The position numbers and the translations under genes are program-made. A model generated the notes under the pieces. That model was not told the origin of the DNA. It searched no databases and saw only the letters and a list, made by a program, of their open reading frames with translations. A DNA stretch of 64,000 nt from Terriglobia bacterium (GTDB lineage Bacteria; Acidobacteriota; Terriglobia; Acidiferrales; UBA7541), in contig OY968796.1 of the NCBI GenBank assembly GCA_963695545.1, positions 2,432,001 to 2,496,000 of the forward strand, in the 5' to 3' direction. Positions 27,783-37,898 of the stretch are shown piece by piece; the first letter of the stretch is position 1; every line of letters begins with the position of its first letter.

Positions 27783-29140
27783 GCCGAGTCGCCGTACTGG
27801 GATCAGGCATTTCCGGTATGGCGACGGCTTATTTCCTCAGCCGGCGGCACGAAGTCGTTCTATTTGAGAAAGACGATCGTCTCGGCGGCCACACACACAC
27901 GCACGAAATCGAGACTCCCGCAGGCCCGCTGCAAATCGACACTGGATTTTTGGTTCACAACGATCGCACCTATCCGAATTTCGTCCGGCTGCTGGCCGAA
28001 CTGGGCGTGCAGCGGCAATTAAGCGACATGTCGTTCGGCGTCTCGCATCCCGAGGCCGGCTTCGAGTACAGCAGCCGCGATTTGCGCGGCTTCTTCGCTC
28101 AGCGCCGCAACATTTTCGCTCTGCGGCACTATCATTTCTTCCTAGAAATTTTGAGATTCAATCGCCAGGCCCGCGCGCTGCTCGCCGATCCCGATGGCGC
28201 CGAGTATTCGCTCGCCGAATATCTCGATCGCAATCGTTTCAGCCGCGATTTCACGCGCTATTACCTCTATCCGATGGCGTCGGCTGTGTGGTCCACGTCG
28301 CTCGAACAAATCGCCGATTTTCCCGCGCTCACGCTGATTCGTTTCTTCGACAATCATGATTTCCTGCGCATCACCACGCAATTCCCGTGGTACACGATCT
28401 CGGGCGGTAGCAGCAGTTATATCGCGCCGCTGACGGCGTCCTATCGAGATCGCGTTCGCCTCGGAGTGACGATCACGGGCGTCGCGCGCACTTCGCGCGG
28501 CGTTCGCATCTACGCTGCGGGCTGCGAACCCGAACACTTCGATGAAGTCGTTTTCGCTTGCCACGCCCCGCAGGCGCTGGGCCTGCTGCGCGATGCGTCG
28601 GGAGCCGAGCGCGAAATCCTCTCGAAATTCAAAACCAATCGCAACACCGCCGTGCTGCACACCGATTCCAATCTATTGCCGCGCAATCCCGATGCGCGCG
28701 CTTCCTGGAATTATCATCTCGGCCAGGATCCCGCCGCCGTCACGCTGACCTATCACCTGAATCGCCTGCAGAAATTGCGCTCCACGGAAGATTATTGCGT
28801 CACGCTCAATCGCACCGAAGCGGTTCGCCCCGAAAAAATCCTGCGCCATTTAATTTACGATCACCCGCTTTTCACACAGGATGCCATTCGCGCGCAATCT
28901 CGCTGGTCGGAAATCAGTGGCCGGTATCACACGCATTTTTGCGGCGCGTACTGGTTTTGCGGCTTTCATGAAGATGGCTTAAACTCCGCGCTGCGCGTGG
29001 CCCGAAGCCTCGAAGCGCGCGCGGGCGAAAGGGAACGAGATGCATTCCTCGATCTACGTGGGAACGTTGCGCCACCGCCGCTTTACGCCGGCGCGCCACG
29101 ATTTCACGTACCCGCTCTTCATGGTGTTCCTGGAGATTGA
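27779..29140 (+). CDS. FAD-dependent oxidoreductase (amine-oxidase-like; UfaD-like)
   Basis: VAVLGSGISG, RLGGHT, IDTGFLVHNDRTYPNF, SDMSF, GFHEDGL; ATGA overlap with the desaturase. Confidence 0.88.
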   Translation: MSRVAVLGSGISGMATAYFLSRRHEVVLFEKDDRLGGHTHTHEIETPAGPLQIDTGFLVHNDRTYPNFVRLLAELGVQRQLSDMSFGVSHPEAGFEYSSRDLRGFFAQRRNIFALRHYHFFLEILRFNRQARALLADPDGAEYSLAEYLDRNRFSRDFTRYYLYPMASAVWSTSLEQIADFPALTLIRFFDNHDFLRITTQFPWYTISGGSSSYIAPLTASYRDRVRLGVTITGVARTSRGVRIYAAGCEPEHFDEVVFACHAPQALGLLRDASGAEREILSKFKTNRNTAVLHTDSNLLPRNPDARASWNYHLGQDPAAVTLTYHLNRLQKLRSTEDYCVTLNRTEAVRPEKILRHLIYDHPLFTQDAIRAQSRWSEISGRYHTHFCGAYWFCGFHEDGLNSALRVARSLEARAGERERDAFLDLRGNVAPPPLYAGAPRFHVPALHGVPGD

Positions 29141-29930
29141 CCGGCTGCAGGAACTGATGCGGATTTCGCCGCTCGCATCCTACAACCGGTGCAATCTAGT
29201 TTCTTTCGACGAGCGCGAGCATTTCGGCGACCCGCGGCAATCGCTGCGCTCGCGCCTGGCCGCTGACGCAGAAAGCAACGGCGTGACGCTGGCTCCCGGG
29301 CCGATTTATCTGCTCACGCATTTGCGCTTCTTCAATTACAGTTTTAATCCCGTCTCATTCTTCTACGTTTCAGACGGCGCAGGCGGAATGCGCCAGATTC
29401 TCGCCGAAGTGAACAACACCTTCGGCGAAACGCACAATTATTGGCTGGGCCCCGAGCAAGAGCGTCCGGAGCGCGGCGATCATTCGGCAAGCGCGAACAA
29501 GCACTACACATTCGAGAAGCGCTTTCACGTTTCCCCGTTCCTCGGCATGAGCCAGGAATACGCCTGGACCTTCACGCCGCCCGAAGATCGCCTGCAAATT
29601 CATTGCATCAATTATCAGGAGGGCCGCGAAGTTTTCGACGCCACACTCACACTCGATCGCCGCGAATGGAATCGCCGCGAATTGCATCGCGCGCTTCGCC
29701 AATTTCCCTGGATGACGGCGAAAGTTGTGGCCGCGATTCACTGGCAAGCCATGAAATTGAAATTCAAGGGCGTGCCCGTGGTGCCGCATCCGGGCGCAGG
29801 TGATTTTCGTCCGCGGCACACGCGTCACTGGGGAGTTTCCTGGAAGCCGGAAGCGCACGCGCCGAATCCCGCCGATTCCGCCGCGTTGAATTCGGTGCCG
29901 CTTGAATCGACGCCGGGTAGAACAAAATGA
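29040..29930 (+). CDS. DUF1365 protein (UfaO-like)
   Basis: HRRFTPARHDFTY, FNPVSFFY, AEVNNTFGE, KRFHVSPF, IHWQA. Confidence 0.9.
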   Translation: MHSSIYVGTLRHRRFTPARHDFTYPLFMVFLEIDRLQELMRISPLASYNRCNLVSFDEREHFGDPRQSLRSRLAADAESNGVTLAPGPIYLLTHLRFFNYSFNPVSFFYVSDGAGGMRQILAEVNNTFGETHNYWLGPEQERPERGDHSASANKHYTFEKRFHVSPFLGMSQEYAWTFTPPEDRLQIHCINYQEGREVFDATLTLDRREWNRRELHRALRQFPWMTAKVVAAIHWQAMKLKFKGVPVVPHPGAGDFRPRHTRHWGVSWKPEAHAPNPADSAALNSVPLESTPGRTK

Positions 29931-31201
29931 GCGGCGGCATTTCCAAAGCGCTCGTGCTGCGCGGCCTGAAGCAATGCCGCGAAGGCTCGCTCGATATCGC
30001 GTGCGGCGGCGAACACTTTCGCTTCGGGCGGCAATCCGGCGACGTGCAAGCCACGCTCGCCGTGCATGACGATCGTTTTTTTCGCCGCGTGCTTTGGGGC
30101 GGCGACGTCGGCCTGGGCGATTCCTACGTCGACGGCGAATGGTCTTCGCCCGATCTTGTCAATGTCGTGCGCTTCGCCGTGCGCAACGTCGATCGCATGA
30201 ATCGCGACGGAGGCATGGTCCCCGCGCTCGCCGCGCTGCGCAATCGATTTCGGCATCCGCGCCGCACGAATCATCCGAACGACAGCCGCGAGAACATCGC
30301 ATTTCATTACGATCTGGGGAACGATTTCTATCGCCTTTTTCTCGATCCCGCGCTGATCTATTCGTGCGCCATTTTCGACACGCCGGATGAATCGCTCGAA
30401 TCGGCGCAGCGGCGAAAACTCGCGCGCATCGCGCAGTCGCTCGATTTGCGGCCGCGCGACCACCTTCTTGAAATCGGCACAGGCTGGGGCGGCTTCGCTC
30501 TTTACGCCGCGCAAAATTACGGCTGTCACGTCACCACCACCACGATCAGCCGACGCCAACATGAGTACGCCAAAGAAATGCTGGATCGCGCGGGAGAAGC
30601 CGGTTCGCGCGTGCGCCTGTTGTTCGAGGATTATCGCGATCTGCGCGGTTCCTACGACAAGATTGTAAGTATCGAAATGTTCGAGGCCGTGGGCATCGAG
30701 CACTACGACGATTTCTTTGGCTCCTGCGATCGCGTCCTCGCTCCCGGCGGCGCGATGTTTCTGCAAACCATCACCATGAACGAGCGGCGATTTGCCGCTC
30801 ACGTGCGCCAGCACGATTGGATCGAACGCCGGATTTTTCCCGGCGCTCAATTGGCCTCCATCGCCGCGATCCTTGAATGCCTCTCGCGCGGCACGCGAAT
30901 GCGCGTGCACCAGCTGCATGAAATCGGTCTGCACTATGCGACCACGCTGCGCCATTGGCGCGAACGTTTTCTCGATCGCCTCGACGACGTTCGCGGCATG
31001 GGCTTCGACGACCGATTTATTCGCACCTGGGAATACTATCTTGCGAGTTGCGAAGGCGCATTCGCCGAGGAATACATCGGCGACGCCCAAATCTTGATGC
31101 GAAAAATGGCGTCTTCATCACCGGCGTCGCGCTTGTCTACTTTGGACGGGGCCGAGACGCTCACGGATGCGCTGAAAGCGTCCGAGCGCAATCGCCGATG
31201 A
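29927..31201 (+). CDS. cfa: Cyclopropane-fatty-acyl-phospholipid synthase family methyltransferase (UfaM-like)
   Basis: NIAFHYDLGNDFY, LEIGTGWG, IVSIEMFEAVG, WEYYLASCEGAF. Confidence 0.9.
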   Translation: MSGGISKALVLRGLKQCREGSLDIACGGEHFRFGRQSGDVQATLAVHDDRFFRRVLWGGDVGLGDSYVDGEWSSPDLVNVVRFAVRNVDRMNRDGGMVPALAALRNRFRHPRRTNHPNDSRENIAFHYDLGNDFYRLFLDPALIYSCAIFDTPDESLESAQRRKLARIAQSLDLRPRDHLLEIGTGWGGFALYAAQNYGCHVTTTTISRRQHEYAKEMLDRAGEAGSRVRLLFEDYRDLRGSYDKIVSIEMFEAVGIEHYDDFFGSCDRVLAPGGAMFLQTITMNERRFAAHVRQHDWIERRIFPGAQLASIAAILECLSRGTRMRVHQLHEIGLHYATTLRHWRERFLDRLDDVRGMGFDDRFIRTWEYYLASCEGAFAEEYIGDAQILMRKMASSSPASRLSTLDGAETLTDALKASERNRR

Positions 31202-31305
31202 TCGTTCTGCGCATCCCACTTTGGTTGGATTCGCGCGGTCTCTTGCCGGAAACGCCGCTTTCGTTTTTTGCGCTTGTATCCGTACGTTGCTCAGGATAAA
31301 ACTCC

Positions 31306-33060
31306 TTGGGTTACGGAGCCCACCTAATGATCCCTGTCGATCACATCACGCCGTTGCCGTACCTCGCTGCCCAAATGGCGCCCACTACCCAACTAGTCCA
31401 CTTGACGCCGGTGGACGCCATCATTGTCGTTTTTTATTTCGCTTTGGTTTTGGGCATAGGCTTCTATCTGAAGCGATGGGCCAACACCAGCGAGGACTAT
31501 TTCATGGCCGGGCGCGAAATGACCGCCTGGATCGCCGGCCTGAGTTTTCTCTCCGCGAATCTCGGCGCGCTTGAACTGATGGGCTGGGCCGGGGCTGCCT
31601 ATCAATACGGGATCATGGCCATTCACTGGTATTGGATCGGCGCCATTCCCGCCATGATTTTCCTCGGCCTGGTGATGATGCCGTTCTATTACATCTCGAA
31701 GACGCACTCCGTGCCGGGCTACTTGAAACTGCGATTCGGCGAGCCCACGCGAGCGCTCTCCGCCGTTACCTTCGCGGTGATGACCGTGCTGATGAGCGGC
31801 ATCAATATGTTCGCCATGGCGCTGGTAATGAAAGTGGTGCTCGGCTGGAACCTGAACTTCAGCATCTGGGTCTCGGCGATCACTGTGGCGATTTACGTTG
31901 GGCTTGGCGGTCTGCGCTCGGCCATCTTCAACGAAGTGCTGCAATTCATGTTGATTTGGGCCGGCGCGCTGCTGATTCCTATCATGGGCCTGGTCGAAGC
32001 GCACGGTTGGCAGAATCTCAAGTTGCAGATCGCAAGGAATGCCGGGCAAGAATACACGCACGTTTGGAGCACGCTCGGTACCTTCCAAAACAATCCGATG
32101 GGCATCAATTGGTTCGCCATCGTCTTTGGTTTGGGCTTCGTGGTTTCGTTCGGTTATTGGACCACGGATTTCCTGGTGGTGCAGCGCATCCTCTCAGCCA
32201 AGGACATGCGCGCGGCCAAAATGGCGCCGATCATCGGCGCCGGGTTCAAGATGTTTGTGCCGCTCATCGTGATCCTCCCGGGCCTCTTGGGAATCGCGCT
32301 CTTGCCCATGAAGCTCATGCCCCAAGTTCTCGCGGATGCCACCGGGGGCCACAGTTACAACGAAGTGTTGCCGCTGATGCTCGCGCGTTACGCGGGCCCC
32401 GGCCTGTTGGGTCTCGGGGTGACCGCGCTGATGGCGGGCTTCATGTCCGGCATGGCAGGCAACGTGACCGCATTCTCCACGGTCTGGACCTACGACCTCT
32501 ACGGCGCGCTGTTGAAGAAGAATGCCACCGACCGGGAACTCGTCAATATGGGCCGGTGGTGCACGGTCTTGGGCGTGCTGATCAGTGTCGGTACGGCTTA
32601 TATTGCCATGGATTTTAAGAGCATAATGGATTACGTCCAAGCGCTGTTCAGCTTTTTCATCGCACCGCTGTTCGGCACTGTGCTCCTCGGAATGCTCTGG
32701 AAACGATGCACGGCCGCGGGCGGATTTTGGGGCTTGCTTTTCGGGACGCTCTCTTCCGTGGGAATGTGGGCTTGGGTGAAGGTGGATCCTGCAGCGGTTA
32801 AGACGCTCACGTTTTACGGCAATGCGAGCGATATGGCGCAAGACGTCTGGCGCGGTTTGTGGTGTTGGATCGTGTGCGTGGTCGTAACTGTGGTAGTGAG
32901 CCTGATGACGCGGCCAAAGCCCGATAGCGAGCTTGTTGGCCTGGTCATGGGCGTGACGCCGATCCCATCGGAAGGCCATCTTGCCCTCTATGAGCGGCCT
33001 ATATTTTGGGCGGCGGTCGTCATGATCGTGCTGATAGCGCTAAACATCTACCTCTGGTGA
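31306..33060 (+). CDS. Sodium:solute symporter (SSS family), probably for sugars
   Basis: DYFMAGR, SANLGALE, GYWTTDFLVVQR, AGFMSGMAGN; multiple TM segments; start uncertain. Confidence 0.9.
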   Translation: MGYGAHLMIPVDHITPLPYLAAQMAPTTQLVHLTPVDAIIVVFYFALVLGIGFYLKRWANTSEDYFMAGREMTAWIAGLSFLSANLGALELMGWAGAAYQYGIMAIHWYWIGAIPAMIFLGLVMMPFYYISKTHSVPGYLKLRFGEPTRALSAVTFAVMTVLMSGINMFAMALVMKVVLGWNLNFSIWVSAITVAIYVGLGGLRSAIFNEVLQFMLIWAGALLIPIMGLVEAHGWQNLKLQIARNAGQEYTHVWSTLGTFQNNPMGINWFAIVFGLGFVVSFGYWTTDFLVVQRILSAKDMRAAKMAPIIGAGFKMFVPLIVILPGLLGIALLPMKLMPQVLADATGGHSYNEVLPLMLARYAGPGLLGLGVTALMAGFMSGMAGNVTAFSTVWTYDLYGALLKKNATDRELVNMGRWCTVLGVLISVGTAYIAMDFKSIMDYVQALFSFFIAPLFGTVLLGMLWKRCTAAGGFWGLLFGTLSSVGMWAWVKVDPAAVKTLTFYGNASDMAQDVWRGLWCWIVCVVVTVVVSLMTRPKPDSELVGLVMGVTPIPSEGHLALYERPIFWAAVVMIVLIALNIYLW

Positions 33061-33067
33061 GGAACAC

Positions 33068-33286
33068 ATGAGCGAACGCGAATCCATTTCGATCTGGTAT
33101 TTCATCGGGATTTCGTTGCTGGGCGATGGCCTGCTGACGCTCGGTGCCGGCTTGTGGGAGATATGGCATCACGTGGCGGTGCCCGTGGTACTCTCTGAGT
33201 TCCACGCGAACGCGTGGGGCGGAGCGGTGCTGACGGTCGTCGGCGCCGCCTACTGCTGGTGGTACGCGCCGGGCAGATCTCGATAA
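33068..33286 (+). CDS. Small two-TM membrane protein accompanying the SSS transporter
   Basis: GAGGA RBS; SIWYFIGISLL...WGGAVLTVVG. Confidence 0.7.
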   Translation: MSERESISIWYFIGISLLGDGLLTLGAGLWEIWHHVAVPVVLSEFHANAWGGAVLTVVGAAYCWWYAPGRSR

Positions 33287-33352
33287 AGCCGACCGGCAAC
33301 TCTTCGAGCGAAGGCTTCCATTCGCGGAACTGTCGCTGTTCACCTGAGGCAC

Positions 33353-34780
33353 ATGGCAAACAAACAGAAAAAAATGACAATGGGCGTGATCGTGGGGAAT
33401 CGCGGATTTTTCCCGGATCACTTGGCGAAAACTGGGCGCGAAGAAATCCTAGCCGCGCTGGCGAAAGCCGGAATCGACGCCGTATCGTTGGGCGTGGACG
33501 AGAGCCATTACGGTTCCGTGGAAACGCACGAAGAAGCCAAGCGCTGCGCCGCTCTTTTCCGGCGCGAAGCCGCGCGCATCGACGGCGTGATCGTGACGCT
33601 GCCGAATTTCGGCGACGAACGCGCGATCGCGGATACGCTGCGCCTTGCGAATCTCGGCGTGCCGGTGCTCGTGCAAGCCACGCCCGATACGCCCGCCAAG
33701 ATGGGCATCACGCACCGGCGCGACAGCTTCTGCGGCAAAATGTCGGCGTGCAACAACCTGCGGCAGTATGGCATTCCGTATACGCTCACCGCGTCGCACA
33801 CGGTGCGGCCGGATTCGCTCGAGTTTGAAAGCGATCTGGCGACATTTTCCGCGACGTGCCGCGTCGTGAATGGACTCCGCAATCTGCGGATCGGCGCGAT
33901 CGGCGCGCGCCCCACGGCGTTCAACACGGTGCGCTACAGCGAAAAAATTCTGGAGGCGAACGGCATTTCGGTCGAGACGCTCGACCTTTCCGAAGTTTTG
34001 GGGCGCATCGGCCGCATGAAAGACGACGACCCGTCTGCGCTCGCGCGACTTGCGGCGATCAATAAGTATGTTTCGACCGCCGGCGTACCGAAAGAAGCTT
34101 TGATCAAGATGGCCAAGCTTTCCGCGGTGGTCGAGCACTGGATGCATGCGACGGACGTTCAGATCAGCGCGGTGCAATGCTGGACGTCGCTCGAGGAGAA
34201 TTTCGGAGTGGTTCCGTGCACCATGATGAGCATGATGAGCGACGGGCTGATGTCGTCCGCCTGCGAGACGGATGTTTGCGGCACGCTCAGCATGCACATG
34301 CTGCGATTGGCTTCGGAAACTCCCAGCGCGCTGCTCGATTGGAATAACAATTACGGCGATAATCCGGACAAGGCCGTCTGCTTCCATTGCAGCAATTTGC
34401 CCAAACATTTCTTCCGCGACGTGCGCATGGATTTTCAGGAGATTATCGCCGGCACCGTGGGCAAGGAAAATACTTTCGGCACCTGCGTGGGGCGCGTGAA
34501 ATCGGGAGCGATGAGCTTCGCGCGTTTCTCGACCGACGACGTCAAAGGCGTGGTGCGCGGATACGTCGGCACGGGAAAATTCACCGACGATCCGCTCGAA
34601 ACTTTCGGTGGCGCCGGCGTCGTCGAAATTCCCTGGATGCAGAAGCTGCTGCATTACATTTGCGAGAACGGCTTCGAGCATCATGTGGCGGCGAATTTTT
34701 CCACCGTTGACGCCGCCGTGCGCGAGGCCGCGGTGCGCTACCTCGGCTGGGAAACGTATTGGCACAACAGCGCCGATTGA
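33353..34780 (+). CDS. L-fucose/L-arabinose isomerase family protein
   Basis: LPNFGDE, RRDSFCGK, AVQCW, ACETD, FHCSN, GFEHH. Confidence 0.88.
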   Translation: MANKQKKMTMGVIVGNRGFFPDHLAKTGREEILAALAKAGIDAVSLGVDESHYGSVETHEEAKRCAALFRREAARIDGVIVTLPNFGDERAIADTLRLANLGVPVLVQATPDTPAKMGITHRRDSFCGKMSACNNLRQYGIPYTLTASHTVRPDSLEFESDLATFSATCRVVNGLRNLRIGAIGARPTAFNTVRYSEKILEANGISVETLDLSEVLGRIGRMKDDDPSALARLAAINKYVSTAGVPKEALIKMAKLSAVVEHWMHATDVQISAVQCWTSLEENFGVVPCTMMSMMSDGLMSSACETDVCGTLSMHMLRLASETPSALLDWNNNYGDNPDKAVCFHCSNLPKHFFRDVRMDFQEIIAGTVGKENTFGTCVGRVKSGAMSFARFSTDDVKGVVRGYVGTGKFTDDPLETFGGAGVVEIPWMQKLLHYICENGFEHHVAANFSTVDAAVREAAVRYLGWETYWHNSAD

Positions 34781-34819
34781 CGCGTCCCGCGCCGCGGGCG
34801 CCTCGAGAAAAGGAACCTG

Positions 34820-35512
34820 ATGCTCGAAAAGTTGCGCGGCGAAGTTCTCGAAGCCAATCTTTACCTCGCCACCGAGGGCCTGGCGCTTTTCACGTTCGGC
34901 AACGCCAGCGGCATTTCGCGCGAAGAAGGCTTGGTGGTGATCAAGCCGAGCGGCGTGCCCTACGAGACGATGACGCCGGAAGATCTGGTGGTCGTGAATC
35001 TTGACGGCCGCACGGTGGAAGGATCGCTGCGTCCTTCCTCCGATCTTGCCACGCACTTGATTCTTTATCGCGCGTTCGCGGAGATTGGCGGCGTGGCGCA
35101 CACACATTCGCACGCGGCCACTTCCTGGGCGCAGGCGCGAAGACCGATTCCGTGCTTCGGCACCACACACGCCGATTATTTCAATGGGCCCGTGCCTGTC
35201 ACGCGGCCGCTGACGCCCGCCGAAATCAAAAAAGATTACGAAGCCAATACAGGCCATGCCATCGTGCGCGCGTTTAAAAAGCTCGATCCGCTCGAAATAC
35301 CCGCCGTGCTGGTGGCGGGGCACGCGCCATTCTGCTGGGGCCGCACGCCGGCTGCGGCCGTGCACATCGCCGTGGTGCTCGAAGAAATCGCGGACATGGC
35401 TCTGGATACGCTGAGAGCCAATGCGCATGCCCGTCCGCTCGAACGTCCTCTGCACGCCAAACATTTTTACCGCAAGCACGGCACCACCGCGTATTACGGC
35501 CAGAGAAAATAA
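34820..35512 (+). CDS. araD: L-ribulose-5-phosphate 4-epimerase
   Basis: TFGNASG, IKPSG, PSSD, HTHS, GTTHADYF, AYYGQ. Confidence 0.92.
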   Translation: MLEKLRGEVLEANLYLATEGLALFTFGNASGISREEGLVVIKPSGVPYETMTPEDLVVVNLDGRTVEGSLRPSSDLATHLILYRAFAEIGGVAHTHSHAATSWAQARRPIPCFGTTHADYFNGPVPVTRPLTPAEIKKDYEANTGHAIVRAFKKLDPLEIPAVLVAGHAPFCWGRTPAAAVHIAVVLEEIADMALDTLRANAHARPLERPLHAKHFYRKHGTTAYYGQRK

Positions 35513-35569
35513 TCGAGGGCCGGCGAATTCCAACCCGCAAAATTCCATGAATAGAAGGGGGCAGCGCCC

Positions 35570-37606
35570 GTGAACTTGCCGAACGCGATTCGAGTTCTGG
35601 GACTGATGTTGTCCATCGCGCTTTCCGTTTTCGCGCAAGCTCCTAACGCCGCGCCGCAAGCCCCTCGCGCGCAAAATTCTACCGGTGGACCTCCGGCCGG
35701 TTTCATGCGAACTGCTCCGGATACGAGCGGGCCGGTGGGTACGTGGTACGTCGACGCGAACGACGCGCGGGTCACAATCGTGATCACTGCCGGCGCTGAC
35801 GCGAAATCCTTCACCGGCACACTCACGGACAATACCGGCGGGACGACGCCGGTTGACAACATCTCCTGGGACGCCGCCGCGCGGCAGATCGAATTTCGCA
35901 CGCGGGACGGCAACGGCGCGTGGTACTGGTGCCGCGCGACCATCGCCGAAGGAGTGCTCGCTGGGCGGTTCTCGAAGAACGAACAATCCGCGGACAAGCC
36001 CGCGCATCTTGAGGATTACAAATTTCACGTGACCGGATGGAACAGCACGTTTCTCGATCACGGGCTTGCTCCGCGTGCGTACGATCTCTTGCTCGACAAC
36101 GAGGCTCACGCCACGCTGCGCATCGACGTTTCCGAAGATGCCACGAGCGGATTTACCGGACGCTTCAAAATCTATGCCACCGAGCACGACGGCGCGCTGG
36201 GCGAACAAGTGGAATACGATGTCGCCGTGACGCACTGGGACGGCACGAATCTGAGTTTCCGGCACACGGAGCCGCTTGCGACGCAAATTTTCACCGGAAC
36301 GGCGAGCGGCGCGACGATTTCCGGCACGTACACCGATACTTCCCGCGCTGGAACATTCACCTGGACCGGCGCGCGCAGCCAAGTGCTCGGCTACGGATTC
36401 AGCATGGGCAAAACCGATCAAGATCGCGCGGCGTGGCAAACGCGGGCGCGGCGGCAACTTTATTTGCTGATGATGGGCGGAAATCCCGCGCCGCTCTCGA
36501 CCAAAGTGACGGTGCTGGCCGCCGATCTTCCGCCGATCGCTTCGACGCACATGAGCCCGGACCGCGACGACAATCCCGCGAAGTGGCCGCAGAATTACAA
36601 AATGTCTGAACTGCAATTCGATTCTACGCTGCCGAATCCATACGGCGGCGCGCCGTTGGAGCGGCGCGCGCACGCGTATCTCGCCGTGCCGACCACGCCG
36701 CCGCCCGCCGGAGGAAAATATCCGGTGGTGATCGCGGTGAACGGTCACGGCGGCAGCGCCTGGCGCATGATGAATCCCGATAGCGTGTGGTACGGCGACG
36801 CGTTCGCGCGGCGCGGGTTCGTGGTGCTCGCGCTCGATATCGGTCATCGACCGATCGGCGATCGGCAGGCGCCCTACATGTCGCAGCCGCTGTATCCCGA
36901 TCGCAATGCCGGCGACGATCCCGCGCACGGCAACGGCTTTCATCCTTCGATCAAAGCCGCCGGCTTCGATTCCGATTGGGAAGAAGACGGCGAACGTGTG
37001 TGGGACGCGATGCGCGCGCTCGACTATGTGCTCTCGCTGCCGAACGTCGATAGCACGCGCGTGATCGTGGTGGGCCATTCGATGGGCGGGGAAGTGGCTT
37101 CATTGATAGGCGCGCTCGAGCCGCGCATCAGCATGAGCATTCCCGCAAGTTTTTCGCCCGATCTCGGCGTGCTTTATTACCACGGCAATCACCCGTGCTG
37201 GCGCTGGATGAACGCCAACATTCGCGAGTACGTTGACGCCTCCGATTTTTTCGCGCTGACCGCGCCGCGGCCGTTGATCGTGGAGACGGGGCAAGCAGAT
37301 CCGACGTATTCGCGATTTCCCGAGCCGTTCGCATCCGATCTTGAAGTGATGCGCCGCGCGCGCGTGGCTTACGGCGGGGAAGTCGGCAACGTGATTCACT
37401 ACATGCACTACGATCAGCATCGCTTTCACGTCGGCGACATAAATCCGACGCAGCCCACCGAGTGGGGAATCCGCATCCCCGAAGGCATCGCGCCGACCGC
37501 GCCCGATTCCATCGAGTGGCAAGTGGACCCGCGCCGATTTGCAACGCGCGCGACGCTGTTCGATGCCATCGACTATTTCCTCGATATGAAGAGTGTGTCT
37601 CCGTAG
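35570..37606 (+). CDS. Secreted alpha/beta hydrolase (esterase-like) with N-terminal beta-rich domains
   Basis: Signal peptide; NGHGG, DAMRALDY, GHSMGG nucleophile elbow, APRPLIVETG..D. Confidence 0.8.
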   Translation: MNLPNAIRVLGLMLSIALSVFAQAPNAAPQAPRAQNSTGGPPAGFMRTAPDTSGPVGTWYVDANDARVTIVITAGADAKSFTGTLTDNTGGTTPVDNISWDAAARQIEFRTRDGNGAWYWCRATIAEGVLAGRFSKNEQSADKPAHLEDYKFHVTGWNSTFLDHGLAPRAYDLLLDNEAHATLRIDVSEDATSGFTGRFKIYATEHDGALGEQVEYDVAVTHWDGTNLSFRHTEPLATQIFTGTASGATISGTYTDTSRAGTFTWTGARSQVLGYGFSMGKTDQDRAAWQTRARRQLYLLMMGGNPAPLSTKVTVLAADLPPIASTHMSPDRDDNPAKWPQNYKMSELQFDSTLPNPYGGAPLERRAHAYLAVPTTPPPAGGKYPVVIAVNGHGGSAWRMMNPDSVWYGDAFARRGFVVLALDIGHRPIGDRQAPYMSQPLYPDRNAGDDPAHGNGFHPSIKAAGFDSDWEEDGERVWDAMRALDYVLSLPNVDSTRVIVVGHSMGGEVASLIGALEPRISMSIPASFSPDLGVLYYHGNHPCWRWMNANIREYVDASDFFALTAPRPLIVETGQADPTYSRFPEPFASDLEVMRRARVAYGGEVGNVIHYMHYDQHRFHVGDINPTQPTEWGIRIPEGIAPTAPDSIEWQVDPRRFATRATLFDAIDYFLDMKSVSP

Positions 37607-37676
37607 TGCCAGTTGCTTCAGTTATTCGGCGAAGGATTCCCGCGATTCGGCTAGAATAGCGACAGCGGAGGGCACG

Positions 37677-37898
37677 ATGGCTCACAGCTATACGGTGATT
37701 TTTGAAAAAGAAGTTGAAGGCGGCTATCACGTTTTTTGCCCAACCTTGCCGGGATGCCATACCCAAAGCGAAGCCATCGAAGAAGGCATCCAGAACATCC
37801 GGGAGGCCATCGAACTGTACGTCCAAACTTTGGTCGAAGACGGCCTGCCGATTCCCACCGAAGACATCCTGATTAAGCCGATTGAGATTCCTGCGTGA
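37677..37898 (+). CDS. hicB: HicB-family antitoxin (short, no DNA-binding domain)
   Basis: GGYHVFCPTLPGCHTQ..EEGIQNIREAIELY. Confidence 0.88.
   Translation: MAHSYTVIFEKEVEGGYHVFCPTLPGCHTQSEAIEEGIQNIREAIELYVQTLVEDGLPIPTEDILIKPIEIPA

Noticed and set aside
33449..37078. 1209-aa minus-strand ORF, and similar long shadow ORFs (59614-61593, 43526-44800, 24020-25243)
   Set aside because: Antisense to clearly recognisable genes, Arg/His-rich and without motifs; a typical high-GC artefact.
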